A stretch of 64,000 nucleotides of DNA. Origin: Patescibacteria group bacterium (lineage in GTDB: Bacteria; Patescibacteriota; Patescibacteriia; JAQUQO01). The number at the start of each line of letters is the position of its first letter. The first letter of the stretch is position 1. The notes below the pieces were generated by a model. That model saw only the letters and a program-made list of their open reading frames with translations, made no database searches and had not been told where the DNA came from. Position numbers and translations under genes: made by a program. The stretch lies in NCBI GenBank assembly GCA_028716045.1, contig JAQUQO010000001.1, forward strand, positions 528,897 to 592,896, read 5' to 3'. Below, in pieces: positions 47,031 through 56,987 of this stretch.

Positions 47031-48038
47031 TTATCCTCCGTATTGTTTTTTATAATAATTCTGATACTCGCCGGATTTGATATTCCCCCACCATGATTCA
47101 TGGGTTTTATACCATTCTACCGTTTCTTTAAGTCCGGTTTCAAAATCTACCCGCGGCTCCCAGCCCAGTTCGTTTTTAATTTTGGAAAAATCAACGGCGT
47201 AGCGGCGGTCGTGGCCCGGACGGTCTTTAACATACTCAATCATTTCTTCGCCATAGCCCATTAATTCTAAAATTTTCTTGGTAATTTCTATACCGGATTT
47301 TTCGCTATCCCCCCCCAGACAGTAGGTCTCGCCAATTTTCCCTTGATGTAAAATCAAATCCACTCCACGATTATGGTCATCTACGTAAATCCAATCGCGG
47401 ACATTAAGCCCATCGCCATAAACTGGAACTTTTTTGCCCTCAATTAAATTGGTGACGAACAAAGGAATAACTTTTTCCGGGAATTGATAAGGACCATAAC
47501 TATTTGAACAATGGGAGATGGTAATGGGCAAAGCGTGCGTGTGAAAATATGACCTGACCAAATGGTCCGCCGCCGCTTTGCTTGCCGAATAAGGGCTGCG
47601 CGGGTCATAGGGCGTTTTTTCATTAAATTTTTTAGGCGAATCAAGCTCTAAACTGCCAAAAACCTCATCGGTGGAAATATGATGAAATCTTTTTCTGCTA
47701 TTAATCCTCGCTGCTTCCAGTAAAACCTGTGTGCCCAATACATTGGTTTTTACAAACTCTCCCGAATCAATAATTGAACGGTCCACGTGCGACTCGGCGG
47801 CAAAGTGGACAATGGCATCGCAATCCTTAACTAGTTCATTTACTAAATCGGCGTCTCCAATATCGCCCTTAACAAATTCATAATTAGGATTTTTTTCAAC
47901 TGCCGTTAAATTTTCCAAATTCCCGGCATACGTCAATTTATCCAGATTGATAATCTTATAATCAGGATGGTTCTTGAAAATGTGGTGGATAAAATTGGAG
48001 CCAATAAACCCCGCTCCTCCGGTAACGAGTATTTTCAT
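47031..48038 (-). CDS. rfbB: dTDP-glucose 4,6-dehydratase
   Basis: TGGAGFIGSNF, DKLTYAGN, AAESHVDRSI, STDEV, YSASKA, DRPGHDRRY. Confidence 0.96.
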   Translation of the reverse strand: MKILVTGGAGFIGSNFIHHIFKNHPDYKIINLDKLTYAGNLENLTAVEKNPNYEFVKGDIGDADLVNELVKDCDAIVHFAAESHVDRSIIDSGEFVKTNVLGTQVLLEAARINSRKRFHHISTDEVFGSLELDSPKKFNEKTPYDPRSPYSASKAAADHLVRSYFHTHALPITISHCSNSYGPYQFPEKVIPLFVTNLIEGKKVPVYGDGLNVRDWIYVDDHNRGVDLILHQGKIGETYCLGGDSEKSGIEITKKILELMGYGEEMIEYVKDRPGHDRRYAVDFSKIKNELGWEPRVDFETGLKETVEWYKTHESWWGNIKSGEYQNYYKKQYGG

Positions 48039-48047
48039 AAAAAATAA

Positions 48048-48494
48048 TTATTTAAATTTCCGCCAATCAAAGGTTCTTTCTTTTTTCTTTTCGCTCTGTA
48101 TTTTCTTTTCTTGGAGGCGCTTTTCTTTTGAAGACCGCGTCGGCTTGGTTTCCAAACGCTCTTTTTCCGGGACAATAGCTTCAGTGATGAATTTTAGAAA
48201 TTTTTCCACCGCTCTTTCCTTATTCGCCTTTTGCGACCTTTCTTCGCTTGCTCTCACAATCATAATGGAATGTACTTCCTGCCGCGCGCCTTCTTTAAAA
48301 TCTTCTCTGACTATCCGGCTGGGGTATTGCTCTTTGATTCTATTCTTCTCTTCCTCTGTCAAATCTAATTCGTCAATATCGCAGCGCAATTCCACGGCCG
48401 TGCTCACTTTATTGACGTTTTGCCCGCCGGGTCCGGCGCTTTTTTTGTACGCGGTGATTTTATATTTATTTTCCGGAATAAAAACTTCTTCCAT
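48048..48494 (-). CDS. arfB: Ribosome rescue peptidyl-tRNA hydrolase ArfB
   Basis: GPGGQNVNKVSTAV, ERSQKANK, TKPTRSSKEKRL basic tail. Confidence 0.9.
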   Translation of the reverse strand: MEEVFIPENKYKITAYKKSAGPGGQNVNKVSTAVELRCDIDELDLTEEEKNRIKEQYPSRIVREDFKEGARQEVHSIMIVRASEERSQKANKERAVEKFLKFITEAIVPEKERLETKPTRSSKEKRLQEKKIQSEKKKERTFDWRKFK

Positions 48495-48498
48495 AAAT

Positions 48499-48909
48499 TT
48501 ACTCTAAATTGTTTTTAATTTTTTCCGCCGTTTTTTGCATTTCGCCTTCAGCATAGGGTTTACCGGGCCAGAGATGAAGGCCGTCGTCGGGAAAACGGGG
48601 GACGATATGAAAATGCGCGTGCGGGACAATCTGACCAGCTACCCGGCCGTTATTTAACTCCAAATTAAACCCCTGCGCGCCCAGTCCGTTCATAATCGCC
48701 TTGGAAATTTTATCAATTACCGGCATCATTTTTGATAAAAGCTCGTTGGGCGTCAGGGAAAAATCGTCATAATGCTCTTTGGGAATAACCAAGGTGTGCC
48801 CGGGATTAACGGGATTAATATCCAGGAAAGCGAAAATTTCGTCGTCTTCGTAAACTTTAGCCGAAGGAATTTCGCCTTTGATAATATTGCAAAAGATACA
48901 ATCGTTCAT
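48499..48909 (-). CDS. HIT family hydrolase
   Basis: DCIFC, GHTLVIPK, HAHFHIVPR. Confidence 0.93.
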   Translation of the reverse strand: MNDCIFCNIIKGEIPSAKVYEDDEIFAFLDINPVNPGHTLVIPKEHYDDFSLTPNELLSKMMPVIDKISKAIMNGLGAQGFNLELNNGRVAGQIVPHAHFHIVPRFPDDGLHLWPGKPYAEGEMQKTAEKIKNNLE

Positions 48910-48920
48910 AAAGTCAAAAA

Positions 48921-49376
48921 TTAATTTATTTTAAACTTGGAATTTGCACCGTCTTTTTCATGCCTTATTTCATCCACTGCTTCTTTTTTATTCTTACCGG
49001 CATACAAAGCATCCGGCAAATTAACGTACCAGGCTCCCGATTCCGAAACGCATTTATATCCATGAACAACCCCCGGCGGAACAAGAACCGCCAGCGGATT
49101 GCTCTCCCCCACCCGCATTTCCATTTTTTCGCCATAAGTAGAAGAATCTTTTCTCTCGTCCCAAAGATACATCATAAAATCACCTGGACCGAAAAAACAA
49201 AAATAATCCGACTGCTTTTTGTGTTCATGCGGCCCGCGCACCGCGCCATTTTCAGAAAACGAAGCATAGGCCATCGCCGGAACAAAATCCATTTCATCAT
49301 GGCGATAAAGCTCCGCCACCCAGCCTCGCTCATCTTTGAATATTTTTAAATTTTTTATAATCACCCTGTCTATCAT
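48921..49376 (-). CDS. rfbC: dTDP-4-dehydrorhamnose 3,5-epimerase family protein
   Basis: DERGW, RGPHEH, VPPGVVHGYK; lies in the rfb cluster. Confidence 0.82.
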   Translation of the reverse strand: MIDRVIIKNLKIFKDERGWVAELYRHDEMDFVPAMAYASFSENGAVRGPHEHKKQSDYFCFFGPGDFMMYLWDERKDSSTYGEKMEMRVGESNPLAVLVPPGVVHGYKCVSESGAWYVNLPDALYAGKNKKEAVDEIRHEKDGANSKFKIN

Positions 49377-49378
49377 AA

Positions 49379-49567
49379 TTAAAAATCTTCTTTAATTATC
49401 AGGGTAATAATAGCACTGGCCGCCGAGATAATCAAGACAAAATGGGGATTGAAAAAATTAACAACAAAACCCTTGATAAAAAATTCTAAAATCATCAAAG
49501 CCGCCCACAAAATAAAAGAAGCATAAAATAATTCTTCAAAAAATATTTTGACAAATCCCCTATTCAT
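49379..49567 (-). CDS. Small two-TM membrane protein
   Basis: 62-aa hydrophobic ORF, overlap-coupled to the upstream gene. Confidence 0.6.
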   Translation of the reverse strand: MNRGFVKIFFEELFYASFILWAALMILEFFIKGFVVNFFNPHFVLIISAASAIITLIIKEDF

Positions 49568-51008
49568 AGAAAAATTTATTTAGAAATTTGGTAAAATTCT
49601 CCCGAGAAAATTCACCCCTGTTTATTCTAATTATTATCCCTCGAACGTCAATCGGCTTCTTATCGGCGGTAAGCCCCGGCGCGGAAATAATAAACCTTAC
49701 TTTTCCTTTTTCTTTTCGGGCGTTATAAAGATTAAAACTGGCTCCTCGCGTCTGCCATTCACTGTTAGACGCCAGCGGTTGGTATCTGGCGATGACAAAA
49801 TTTAATCCTTCTAAATCCCGGCTGTCCGCCACCCGCCGTTGCCGCGGGTCAAAAAAATTTTTCTCGCTAAAAGACCATAGGCCATCACCTTGAAGCAAAA
49901 TATCACTTACGGGAACTCTGACCGAAAAATTTCCGGCCGAATTTTTATAATAATACTGAATATGTGTTTTTTCTATGAACAAATTTTCTCCGGTGAAACT
50001 CAAAGTTTGACGGCCTTCATCGTGAGTAGTAACGGCCGCCACTTCCCTGCTATTGCCGAATAGCGTCGCATCTTTTTGAGAAGTGACGGTAGAATTTATA
50101 TTATCGCCGAGATATATTTCCCCGATAAAAGACAGATATTTTTGTCTGGTCTGAATGTCTCTTAAAAAAATATCGTCGCTGGCGGAGATTTCCAGCCGAT
50201 AAACCCCCTCGGATAAATCGCCGATGTTCAATTTAAGCTGGCGGGGGGTAACCACGACCTCGTTGGCCTCCGAATTGCCATCATCAGTCATTATCCAATT
50301 TTTTACTAAATTATTTTCCTCATTATAAAGGTTAACTTCTACTTCGTCAGCGCCAACCGAACGGTTCATATCCTCAAAAGTAAACATAAAATCCAAATCC
50401 TCGTCTTTTATGTAGGTGTAAAATTGGTGAGCACCGCGCAGGGAATAATTAAAACTTTGATATCGTTCGCTTGGTTTATAATCCGGCAAACGATAGGGAC
50501 GCCCCAGCTCATAATAATAAACGCCGATTTTCTCCGCCGCTGGCTGATTCTCCATAAAATCCCCGATGCTCTCGTATTTTTTTTCTTTCTGCCAAAGGCA
50601 AACCCCGTCAGCGCAAATTTTCGGCCAGGATAAATCGTCCAATACCTTATTCTGAAGCGGTCGCAAATCATAACCGTTTTTAGTCACCAGACCGAGTTCC
50701 AAAATATCTTGCTCGGGATTTTTATAATTTAAAACTATCTCGGCCTTTTTAAAAAAACTCAAAGGAATGTTTGATTCAATATAAATTGGCTCCCCTACAA
50801 TGGATTGATAAAATTTCCCCGCCTCTTCTTTGATTTCCGAGACCCTCCCCCGCGGTTTTAAAAAAGAAATCCACCCGCTCGGGCGGGAAAAATCAAATTC
50901 CGCTTGGAGCGGAGCAAAAATTAAAAGATTACGCTCCGCGAGAAACCCCAAAATCAAAACCGCTACGAGAGTCAACATTATTCTGATATTTTTTCTCGTC
51001 TTATCCAT
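49560..51008 (-). CDS. Membrane-anchored hypothetical protein
   Basis: 482 aa, N-terminal TM, operonic. Confidence 0.7.
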   Translation of the reverse strand: MDKTRKNIRIMLTLVAVLILGFLAERNLLIFAPLQAEFDFSRPSGWISFLKPRGRVSEIKEEAGKFYQSIVGEPIYIESNIPLSFFKKAEIVLNYKNPEQDILELGLVTKNGYDLRPLQNKVLDDLSWPKICADGVCLWQKEKKYESIGDFMENQPAAEKIGVYYYELGRPYRLPDYKPSERYQSFNYSLRGAHQFYTYIKDEDLDFMFTFEDMNRSVGADEVEVNLYNEENNLVKNWIMTDDGNSEANEVVVTPRQLKLNIGDLSEGVYRLEISASDDIFLRDIQTRQKYLSFIGEIYLGDNINSTVTSQKDATLFGNSREVAAVTTHDEGRQTLSFTGENLFIEKTHIQYYYKNSAGNFSVRVPVSDILLQGDGLWSFSEKNFFDPRQRRVADSRDLEGLNFVIARYQPLASNSEWQTRGASFNLYNARKEKGKVRFIISAPGLTADKKPIDVRGIIIRINRGEFSRENFTKFLNKFFYE

Positions 51009-51009
51009 T

Positions 51010-52608
51010 TTATTTTTTCATCAATTTCATTAATTTCGCCCCATTGGGCAAATCTTGATAAGCCGATAAAACCAGATTAAAACGGCTTAATTTTTTATCG
51101 TTTAGAAAATTTACATCTTTTTCTGAAAATAAACTATAAACATACACCGGCGCTTTATCTAAAAGAGCCGATAAATTTTCTTCCGTATAATCGTCGGCGA
51201 TATTTTGGACTACCCGCCTTTCGGGAAATAGAATTTTATCCATATAGCTGGCCACAATTACCGAATCTTCTTCTGTATTTTCAATAATTTTTTCTTTGAC
51301 CTGCCCGTAAATCTCTAAAGTGTGGCGCACCTGGAAAACACTCTCTTCTGTTTGCCATAAAACAAGACGTGCCGAAGGATAAGCCAGGGCTAAAATAAAA
51401 ATTACTACTATTAAAATCCGGCTGGCTTTATTTTTTACCAATCCGCCGGCTTTGATTATTAATAATGACACGAAGGGCAAAAGGCCAAGATAAATCGGCA
51501 GCCAATAACGGACGTAAGAAGTTCCAATGGTCACAGTGCCGGGGGTCGGGTTATCGTAAAAAAACCAACTCCCATAATAAACTACAAGCCAAGCGGAAAT
51601 AAAAAACCAAAGCCAGAAAAAAACTTTCTGTTTCTTCTGCCAATCGCGATAACGATAGATAAAAAAACCGAGCCCGGCCAAAAACAACGGAGTAAACCAC
51701 CAAAAAATTAAAATAAGGTAATTCCAGCAATTTTTAACCATCAGCCGCGGATGAATTCCAAAACGAAAAATAATATCCAACCACGACCCGCTGCCTTGGG
51801 TTAAATTGGAAGCAACGTCGCTGCCGAGTTGAGAGTATCCCGTCAGCAAGGCGTTGCCATAAGTAAGATATTGGTAATAAAAAACCGGTACAAGGGATAA
51901 AAGCAGCCCGCCAAACCCTAAAACAACATAGGGCCATTTCATTTCCCGCCGATAAATAAAAATAAGCATGGCGGGCGCAATAATCAACCACCAGAATTCG
52001 GATAATCTCACGGACAGCGCGAGACCCAAAAAAATCCCAGCGAAAAAATACAAAGACCATTTGGAATCCTTTTTGATTCTAGACATCAAATAAAATCCGC
52101 CCAGAAGCAAAGAAATAAATAACACATTCGGCATCATTGTCCGTGAACTCCAATACCACCACGCCGGATGGATAAAAAGAAGCAGTGAGGAAATAAAAGC
52201 AATGGTAGAGTTGAAAACTTTGCGTGTCAGGCCGTAAAAAAATAAAACGCCGGCTACGGCCGCGAGTGGAGTAAAATACGTCACCACCTCCAAAGAAAAA
52301 ATTTTGCCTAACAAACCATAAATCAAAATCAAACCCAAAAAACTTCCCGGTACGATAAACGGCCCGGCCACGTTGGTGCTTCGCGGGTGGACGATATTAC
52401 CAACCTCTCTGTTGAGCGGCTCAAAAATTTTTAAATCACCGCGCTCAATTAAATTTTTGGTAAAAATAAAATTGGCGTTTTCATCGGGAGAGTTAAAAAT
52501 CAAACCGCCGGCGACCGGCAAAAAGGAATAAATAAAAAAGAACACGGCCCCCAACACCAGCAATGTTCTTAAAAAATATTTATGGTTGTTTGTTTTTGCT
52601 TCACCCAT
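51010..52608 (-). CDS. GT-C fold membrane glycosyltransferase (ArnT/PMT-like)
   Basis: SPDE in the first loop, many TM helices, RYWLP. Confidence 0.75.
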   Translation of the reverse strand: MGEAKTNNHKYFLRTLLVLGAVFFFIYSFLPVAGGLIFNSPDENANFIFTKNLIERGDLKIFEPLNREVGNIVHPRSTNVAGPFIVPGSFLGLILIYGLLGKIFSLEVVTYFTPLAAVAGVLFFYGLTRKVFNSTIAFISSLLLFIHPAWWYWSSRTMMPNVLFISLLLGGFYLMSRIKKDSKWSLYFFAGIFLGLALSVRLSEFWWLIIAPAMLIFIYRREMKWPYVVLGFGGLLLSLVPVFYYQYLTYGNALLTGYSQLGSDVASNLTQGSGSWLDIIFRFGIHPRLMVKNCWNYLILIFWWFTPLFLAGLGFFIYRYRDWQKKQKVFFWLWFFISAWLVVYYGSWFFYDNPTPGTVTIGTSYVRYWLPIYLGLLPFVSLLIIKAGGLVKNKASRILIVVIFILALAYPSARLVLWQTEESVFQVRHTLEIYGQVKEKIIENTEEDSVIVASYMDKILFPERRVVQNIADDYTEENLSALLDKAPVYVYSLFSEKDVNFLNDKKLSRFNLVLSAYQDLPNGAKLMKLMKK

Positions 52609-52617
52609 GGAATCTAT

Positions 52618-53190
52618 TTAAATACCTTGGCTAAATAAGCTCACGATGGCAAAAATCACAGCGAGATAAAGCGTGCCGGCCGAAATGGAAGAGAGCGACT
52701 GCATTTGAAATAATAATCCAAAAAGAAGAAACAAAATCCCGAAAAATTGGCAAAACATTTTTAATTTCCCCCAAATCTCCGCCTGGATAACCAATCCTCT
52801 TTTATGCTTTAACCACCCACCGATTATCAGCACCGCTTCAATAGCGATAATTGCAAATGCAAGATAAAAAGAAAGATAACGCAAAACAATGATAAAAACC
52901 AGCGAACCGATGAGTAATTTATCCGCTAAGGGGTCATAAATTTTCCCCCACTCGGTGACTTCTTCGCGCACGCGCGCCATAGACCCATCCAACATATCGG
53001 TAAAAGCGGTAAAGATATATAGCGGGATTCCCCAGCTAAAATTTTCTTTAACTATCAGCCAAACCACCAAGGGCGTTAAAATAAACCTCACCATAGTAAT
53101 ATGGTTTGGCTTAATGAATTTTGGAATTATCGGATTAAAAAACCAGCGAAAAACCAAATCTTGAGGATAAATTTGTGGTCCTTTCCACAT
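52618..53190 (-). CDS. CDP-alcohol phosphatidyltransferase
   Basis: PNHITMVR, DMLDGSMAR..GKIYDPLADK. Confidence 0.9.
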   Translation of the reverse strand: MWKGPQIYPQDLVFRWFFNPIIPKFIKPNHITMVRFILTPLVVWLIVKENFSWGIPLYIFTAFTDMLDGSMARVREEVTEWGKIYDPLADKLLIGSLVFIIVLRYLSFYLAFAIIAIEAVLIIGGWLKHKRGLVIQAEIWGKLKMFCQFFGILFLLFGLLFQMQSLSSISAGTLYLAVIFAIVSLFSQGI

Positions 53191-53231
53191 AAGCTGAATT
53201 ATGCTAAACTAACTTAAAATATCCGAAAATC

Positions 53232-55334
53232 ATGAAGAAACCCTTATTATATCTTACCATTTTTTGCGTAATTCTTCCAGCCATTCTAATTCTTAATATT
53301 TTTTTCTGGCAAAATACGGTAGTCGGGATAATTGGCGGCTGTTTCTATCTTTTACTCAACGGCTTTTTAGCCGGTGTTTTATTTTTAAATAAAGAAAATC
53401 CGGGCTGGTCAATTTTTTATGGGCTACTTCTATTTTTATGCCTTAATTCCTTGGGGGGCGCGATTATTTATTTTTTTTACGAGTTAAATAATTTTGTAAT
53501 CTCCGCTCTTTTAATCTTAACTCCGGTCGCATTACTGGCCGCAAAAAAAATACAAGTTGCAAGTTTTCCGCCAGGGACCGATAAGTCTTCGGCTGACAAG
53601 TTTCAAATTTTCCGCCAGGGACTGACAAGTTTGAAATTAAAAAATTTGTATTTACCAGCCCTATATCTAACGCTGATTGCCATTAATTCTTATCTGCTTT
53701 TCGCGCACCGAACCGACTTGGCTATCCGTTCGCCTTGGGAGCTTTTGCCTAAATCATTTTTTATAATTTATTTTCTCACCACGGCAATTCTCCTCGTTTT
53801 CATTCTGCGCAATAAAACTAAATTATCGCTTTTATTTATTTCCATCCACTCTCTTTTTTCTCTCGCCGTTGCTCTTATAATTTACAAATTGGGCTACGGC
53901 TACGACCCCTTCATCCACGAAGCAACGGAAAAATTTATTCTGAACAACGGTTTTATCTCACCCAAGACACCGTATTATCTCGGACAATATACTTTGGTTA
54001 TTTATTTAACTAAAATCCTGTCGCTCCCCCACGAATGGATTGACAAAATTCTCGTCCCCCTCTTTTACGCCGTTTATCTGCCGGCTACCGTCTATTTTTC
54101 TTTCGCAAAAAATTCCGCTAAAAAGTTTTTGCCTCTAATTATTTTAACCATACCTTTCGGGGTGTTTCTCTTAACCACTCCCCAGGGTTTAGCCAATCTG
54201 CTCGTATTGCTTATTGCTCTTTTATCTTATAAATACACATCGGCTAAAGAAAACATCAACTGGTCAATTCTCCTTATTCTGGCTCTGACCGCCGCCGCCG
54301 TTCACCCCTTGGCCGGCATACCGGCGCTATGTTTTGTAGCGCTTCTGTTCTTGATAAGCCGGAATTATAAAAAATTGTCTTTATTTTTTGGTCTTCTCTC
54401 GGCCATCGCCCTGCCGGCTATTTTTTATCTGCAATCCGTGGTATCAAATAACCTTTCAACCGTCATTAGATTCTCTCCGCCGAATATCCTGAATGACTGG
54501 CAGTGGCCGGTGCTGGTCAGAAAATTTGATGCGGTTTTAGATTTAGTTTATTTGTATGCTTGGAATTTTAATTTTTGGTTCATAGCGCTGGCCGCCGTTG
54601 GTTTTTGGCTTCTTTTAAGGCAACAAAAAAATACTTCGGTAAAAATTTTCGTTTATTCTTTTATAATTCTAATCATAAATTATCTGCTCCTGACTTTGTT
54701 TTTTCAATTCCAAGGGCTAATCGCTTACGAACGGCAAAATTACGCCTCCAGAATTTTAGAGTTGAGTTTTTATTTTCTCATCCCATTTTATCTTTGGACT
54801 TTTGACTGGCTAGCCCAAAAAATTACCGAAAAAAATATCTTTTACAAATCATTTTTTATTTTAATTTTAACCATTGCCATAATCAGCTCTTTTTACGTTT
54901 CTTACCCGCGCCAGGACGATTATGACGACGCCCGCGGATATAATTTGAGCCAAGCTGACCTCAGCGCCGTTCATTATATAAAAAATACAGCTGGCGGAGA
55001 TTACATAGTACTTGCCAATCAAATGGTGGCGGCCGGGGCCTTAAAAGAATTTGGCTTTGCTAAGTATTATCAAACTTCCCGCGGAGAGATATTTTATTAT
55101 CCTATTCCTACCGGCAGCCCGCTTTACGATTATTATTTAAAAATGGTTTACGAAAAAGCGGCACGGAAAACAATGATAGAAGCTATGGATTTAGTCGGAG
55201 TTGACGCCGGGTTTTTAGTGGTGAATGATTACTGGCACCGCTCGGCCATCACCGTAGAGGAAGCCAAGTCCTCGGCCGATAATTTTGTAAAATTAGACAA
55301 CGGTAAAATTTACGTTTTTGAGTATAAGAGATAA
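53232..55334 (+). CDS. Polytopic membrane protein (possible GT-C fold)
   Basis: 700 aa, many TM helices, GYDPFIH loop, soluble C-terminal domain. Confidence 0.7.
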   Translation: MKKPLLYLTIFCVILPAILILNIFFWQNTVVGIIGGCFYLLLNGFLAGVLFLNKENPGWSIFYGLLLFLCLNSLGGAIIYFFYELNNFVISALLILTPVALLAAKKIQVASFPPGTDKSSADKFQIFRQGLTSLKLKNLYLPALYLTLIAINSYLLFAHRTDLAIRSPWELLPKSFFIIYFLTTAILLVFILRNKTKLSLLFISIHSLFSLAVALIIYKLGYGYDPFIHEATEKFILNNGFISPKTPYYLGQYTLVIYLTKILSLPHEWIDKILVPLFYAVYLPATVYFSFAKNSAKKFLPLIILTIPFGVFLLTTPQGLANLLVLLIALLSYKYTSAKENINWSILLILALTAAAVHPLAGIPALCFVALLFLISRNYKKLSLFFGLLSAIALPAIFYLQSVVSNNLSTVIRFSPPNILNDWQWPVLVRKFDAVLDLVYLYAWNFNFWFIALAAVGFWLLLRQQKNTSVKIFVYSFIILIINYLLLTLFFQFQGLIAYERQNYASRILELSFYFLIPFYLWTFDWLAQKITEKNIFYKSFFILILTIAIISSFYVSYPRQDDYDDARGYNLSQADLSAVHYIKNTAGGDYIVLANQMVAAGALKEFGFAKYYQTSRGEIFYYPIPTGSPLYDYYLKMVYEKAARKTMIEAMDLVGVDAGFLVVNDYWHRSAITVEEAKSSADNFVKLDNGKIYVFEYKR

Positions 55335-55349
55335 AAATAAAACCTGCTT

Positions 55350-55380
55350 GTAGAGAAGACACTCTATGGCGTGTCTCTAC
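55350..55380. repeat. Degenerate GTAG-REP
   Basis: GTAGAGAAGACACTCTATGGCGTGTCTCTAC. Confidence 0.6.
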
Positions 55381-55396
55381 GGCGTTAGAACAAAAT

Positions 55397-55430
55397 AAAA
55401 CCCCGCGTTATTAGCGCGAGGTTTTTTATT
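55397..55430. terminator. Bidirectional terminator
   Basis: AAAACCCCGCGT..GCGCGAGGTTTTTT. Confidence 0.75.
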
Positions 55431-55433
55431 TGT

Positions 55434-55703
55434 TTAATTGGGGGCTTCAAAAAGATTTTTACTTTCCACGACTGTTACTGAAATGCCAGAAATAAATTCT
55501 TCGGAAATGTTTTCATCTACAAACCTTAAGGCCTGGCGCGTAGCCGTTTTAGAAGCTCCTGACGGGCTTTTGTCATAAGTCGGAATGAACAGGGTTCCCA
55601 TGTGTTCTTCCGCATGGCTAATCACGGCTTGAAAAATTCTTACTTTTCCAAGAAGTGGAATCTCCAATTCTCCACTTTTTATTTTTCTCAAAAAATAACC
55701 CAT
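55434..55703 (-). CDS. Small orphan protein (89 aa)
   Basis: SD AAGGAGG before ATG 55703; promoter TTGACA (55779-55784)-17bp-TATATT. Confidence 0.6.
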   Translation of the reverse strand: MGYFLRKIKSGELEIPLLGKVRIFQAVISHAEEHMGTLFIPTYDKSPSGASKTATRQALRFVDENISEEFISGISVTVVESKNLFEAPN

Positions 55704-55943
55704 TTTTATTCCTCCTTTGTCTAAAAATAAAAAATTGGGCAACAATAAACTTTTAAATATAGCATATCTTGATAATTCTGTCAAGACACATCGGTCGTGA
55801 CTGGCGTGCCAAAAGTTGATAGAGCTAAAAGTAAAATAATGGCATGGGAACATTAAAACATTATAATAAAAAAGCGCAATCCAAATTGGATCGCGCTAAA
55901 GAACACTTATTTACCCTTTATCAGCATAACACCACTTGCCCGC

Positions 55944-56843
55944 CTAATTGACAGGCCCGAGGAACAAGAGACCGCCAGAATTGAAACAAAGGGCACTGGT
56001 CGGGTCGCTGTCGTTACTGAAGACGAGATATTCGTTGTGAGCAACGAAAGCGGGTGTGCACTCGGCGGATTGGGCGGAAAGAGCGGCCATATTTAGACAT
56101 AGTGTATTCCTATCACGCGCCAAGATGTCAGGATACATTACCATAGCAATGGGAGTATCCATACCGGAAAGAATAAACCCTTCGGGTAACGTTGACACTT
56201 GTTCCCTGTCGGCATTGATGGAAAATCCCTGTAAGGGGGCTGGGAAGTGAATCCCGATAACCGGCCCCCACTTCATTCGTTCAATAAGCTGGTCATGCCG
56301 GCTTCCCTCAACGATGCTAAACTCGTTCGCCGAGGTATTTTTGTGAAGATTACGAAACTCCCGATCACCGAAGGTTCTTATATAACTCTTGCCGACCGCC
56401 TCAAGATACTGTTTGAGAATAACTCCGGGGTTTTTGGTCGTGAGTGGAGGTATAACCACCGGCAGCCCTACACCTTTTATGATATTAGCGATTTGGGGGT
56501 TGTTCCGAATTAAAGCCAACAGACGTTCGGTTTCCGCCCTGAATTGTCCGGCAGTAATCGCCGTAAACGAACCGAGACACTCGTGCAATCGACTAAGGCG
56601 CTTGAGATAATCAACCTCTGCCTTCAGCTCCGGTTGAACTAGCCGAAATTTCCTGTCCCCGTCGCAGACGTTGGCCGAGAGTCCTTCTGGAATCCGTCGG
56701 CCGTGTTTGTCAAAGAGTAGTCGAACTGCGTCTGTAACCGTCACGGTTTTTTCGCCCCTGAGCCAAGCATCCCATACTTTCTTGCCGCCCAAATTATTAA
56801 TGGCAGCTTCCACTTCTCCTAAAGTCACTTCTCCGTATTTCAT
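55944..56843 (-). CDS. Orphan protein; candidate DGR-type variable protein
   Basis: SD GGAGG before ATG 56843; own promoter (56933-56961); N-terminal TLGEVEAAINNLGG; C-terminus ..SGGLLFLG. Confidence 0.6.
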   Translation of the reverse strand: MKYGEVTLGEVEAAINNLGGKKVWDAWLRGEKTVTVTDAVRLLFDKHGRRIPEGLSANVCDGDRKFRLVQPELKAEVDYLKRLSRLHECLGSFTAITAGQFRAETERLLALIRNNPQIANIIKGVGLPVVIPPLTTKNPGVILKQYLEAVGKSYIRTFGDREFRNLHKNTSANEFSIVEGSRHDQLIERMKWGPVIGIHFPAPLQGFSINADREQVSTLPEGFILSGMDTPIAMVMYPDILARDRNTLCLNMAALSAQSAECTPAFVAHNEYLVFSNDSDPTSALCFNSGGLLFLGPVN

Positions 56844-56987
56844 TGCCAAACCTCCCAGCAGACTTTTTGCCCGCTTTTTGGATTTTTCCTCTGCCCGAGG
56901 ACTAGGATTCTTTCACCCCGAAAGAATAGTTTAATATATTACAAATAATAAAATCTGTCAAGGCCTAAAGCGAATTTCGGGCTGGCC

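Noticed and set aside
33687-56849. A complete DGR locus
   Set aside because: No reverse transcriptase, Avd or template repeat was seen in the window; only candidate targets are reported.
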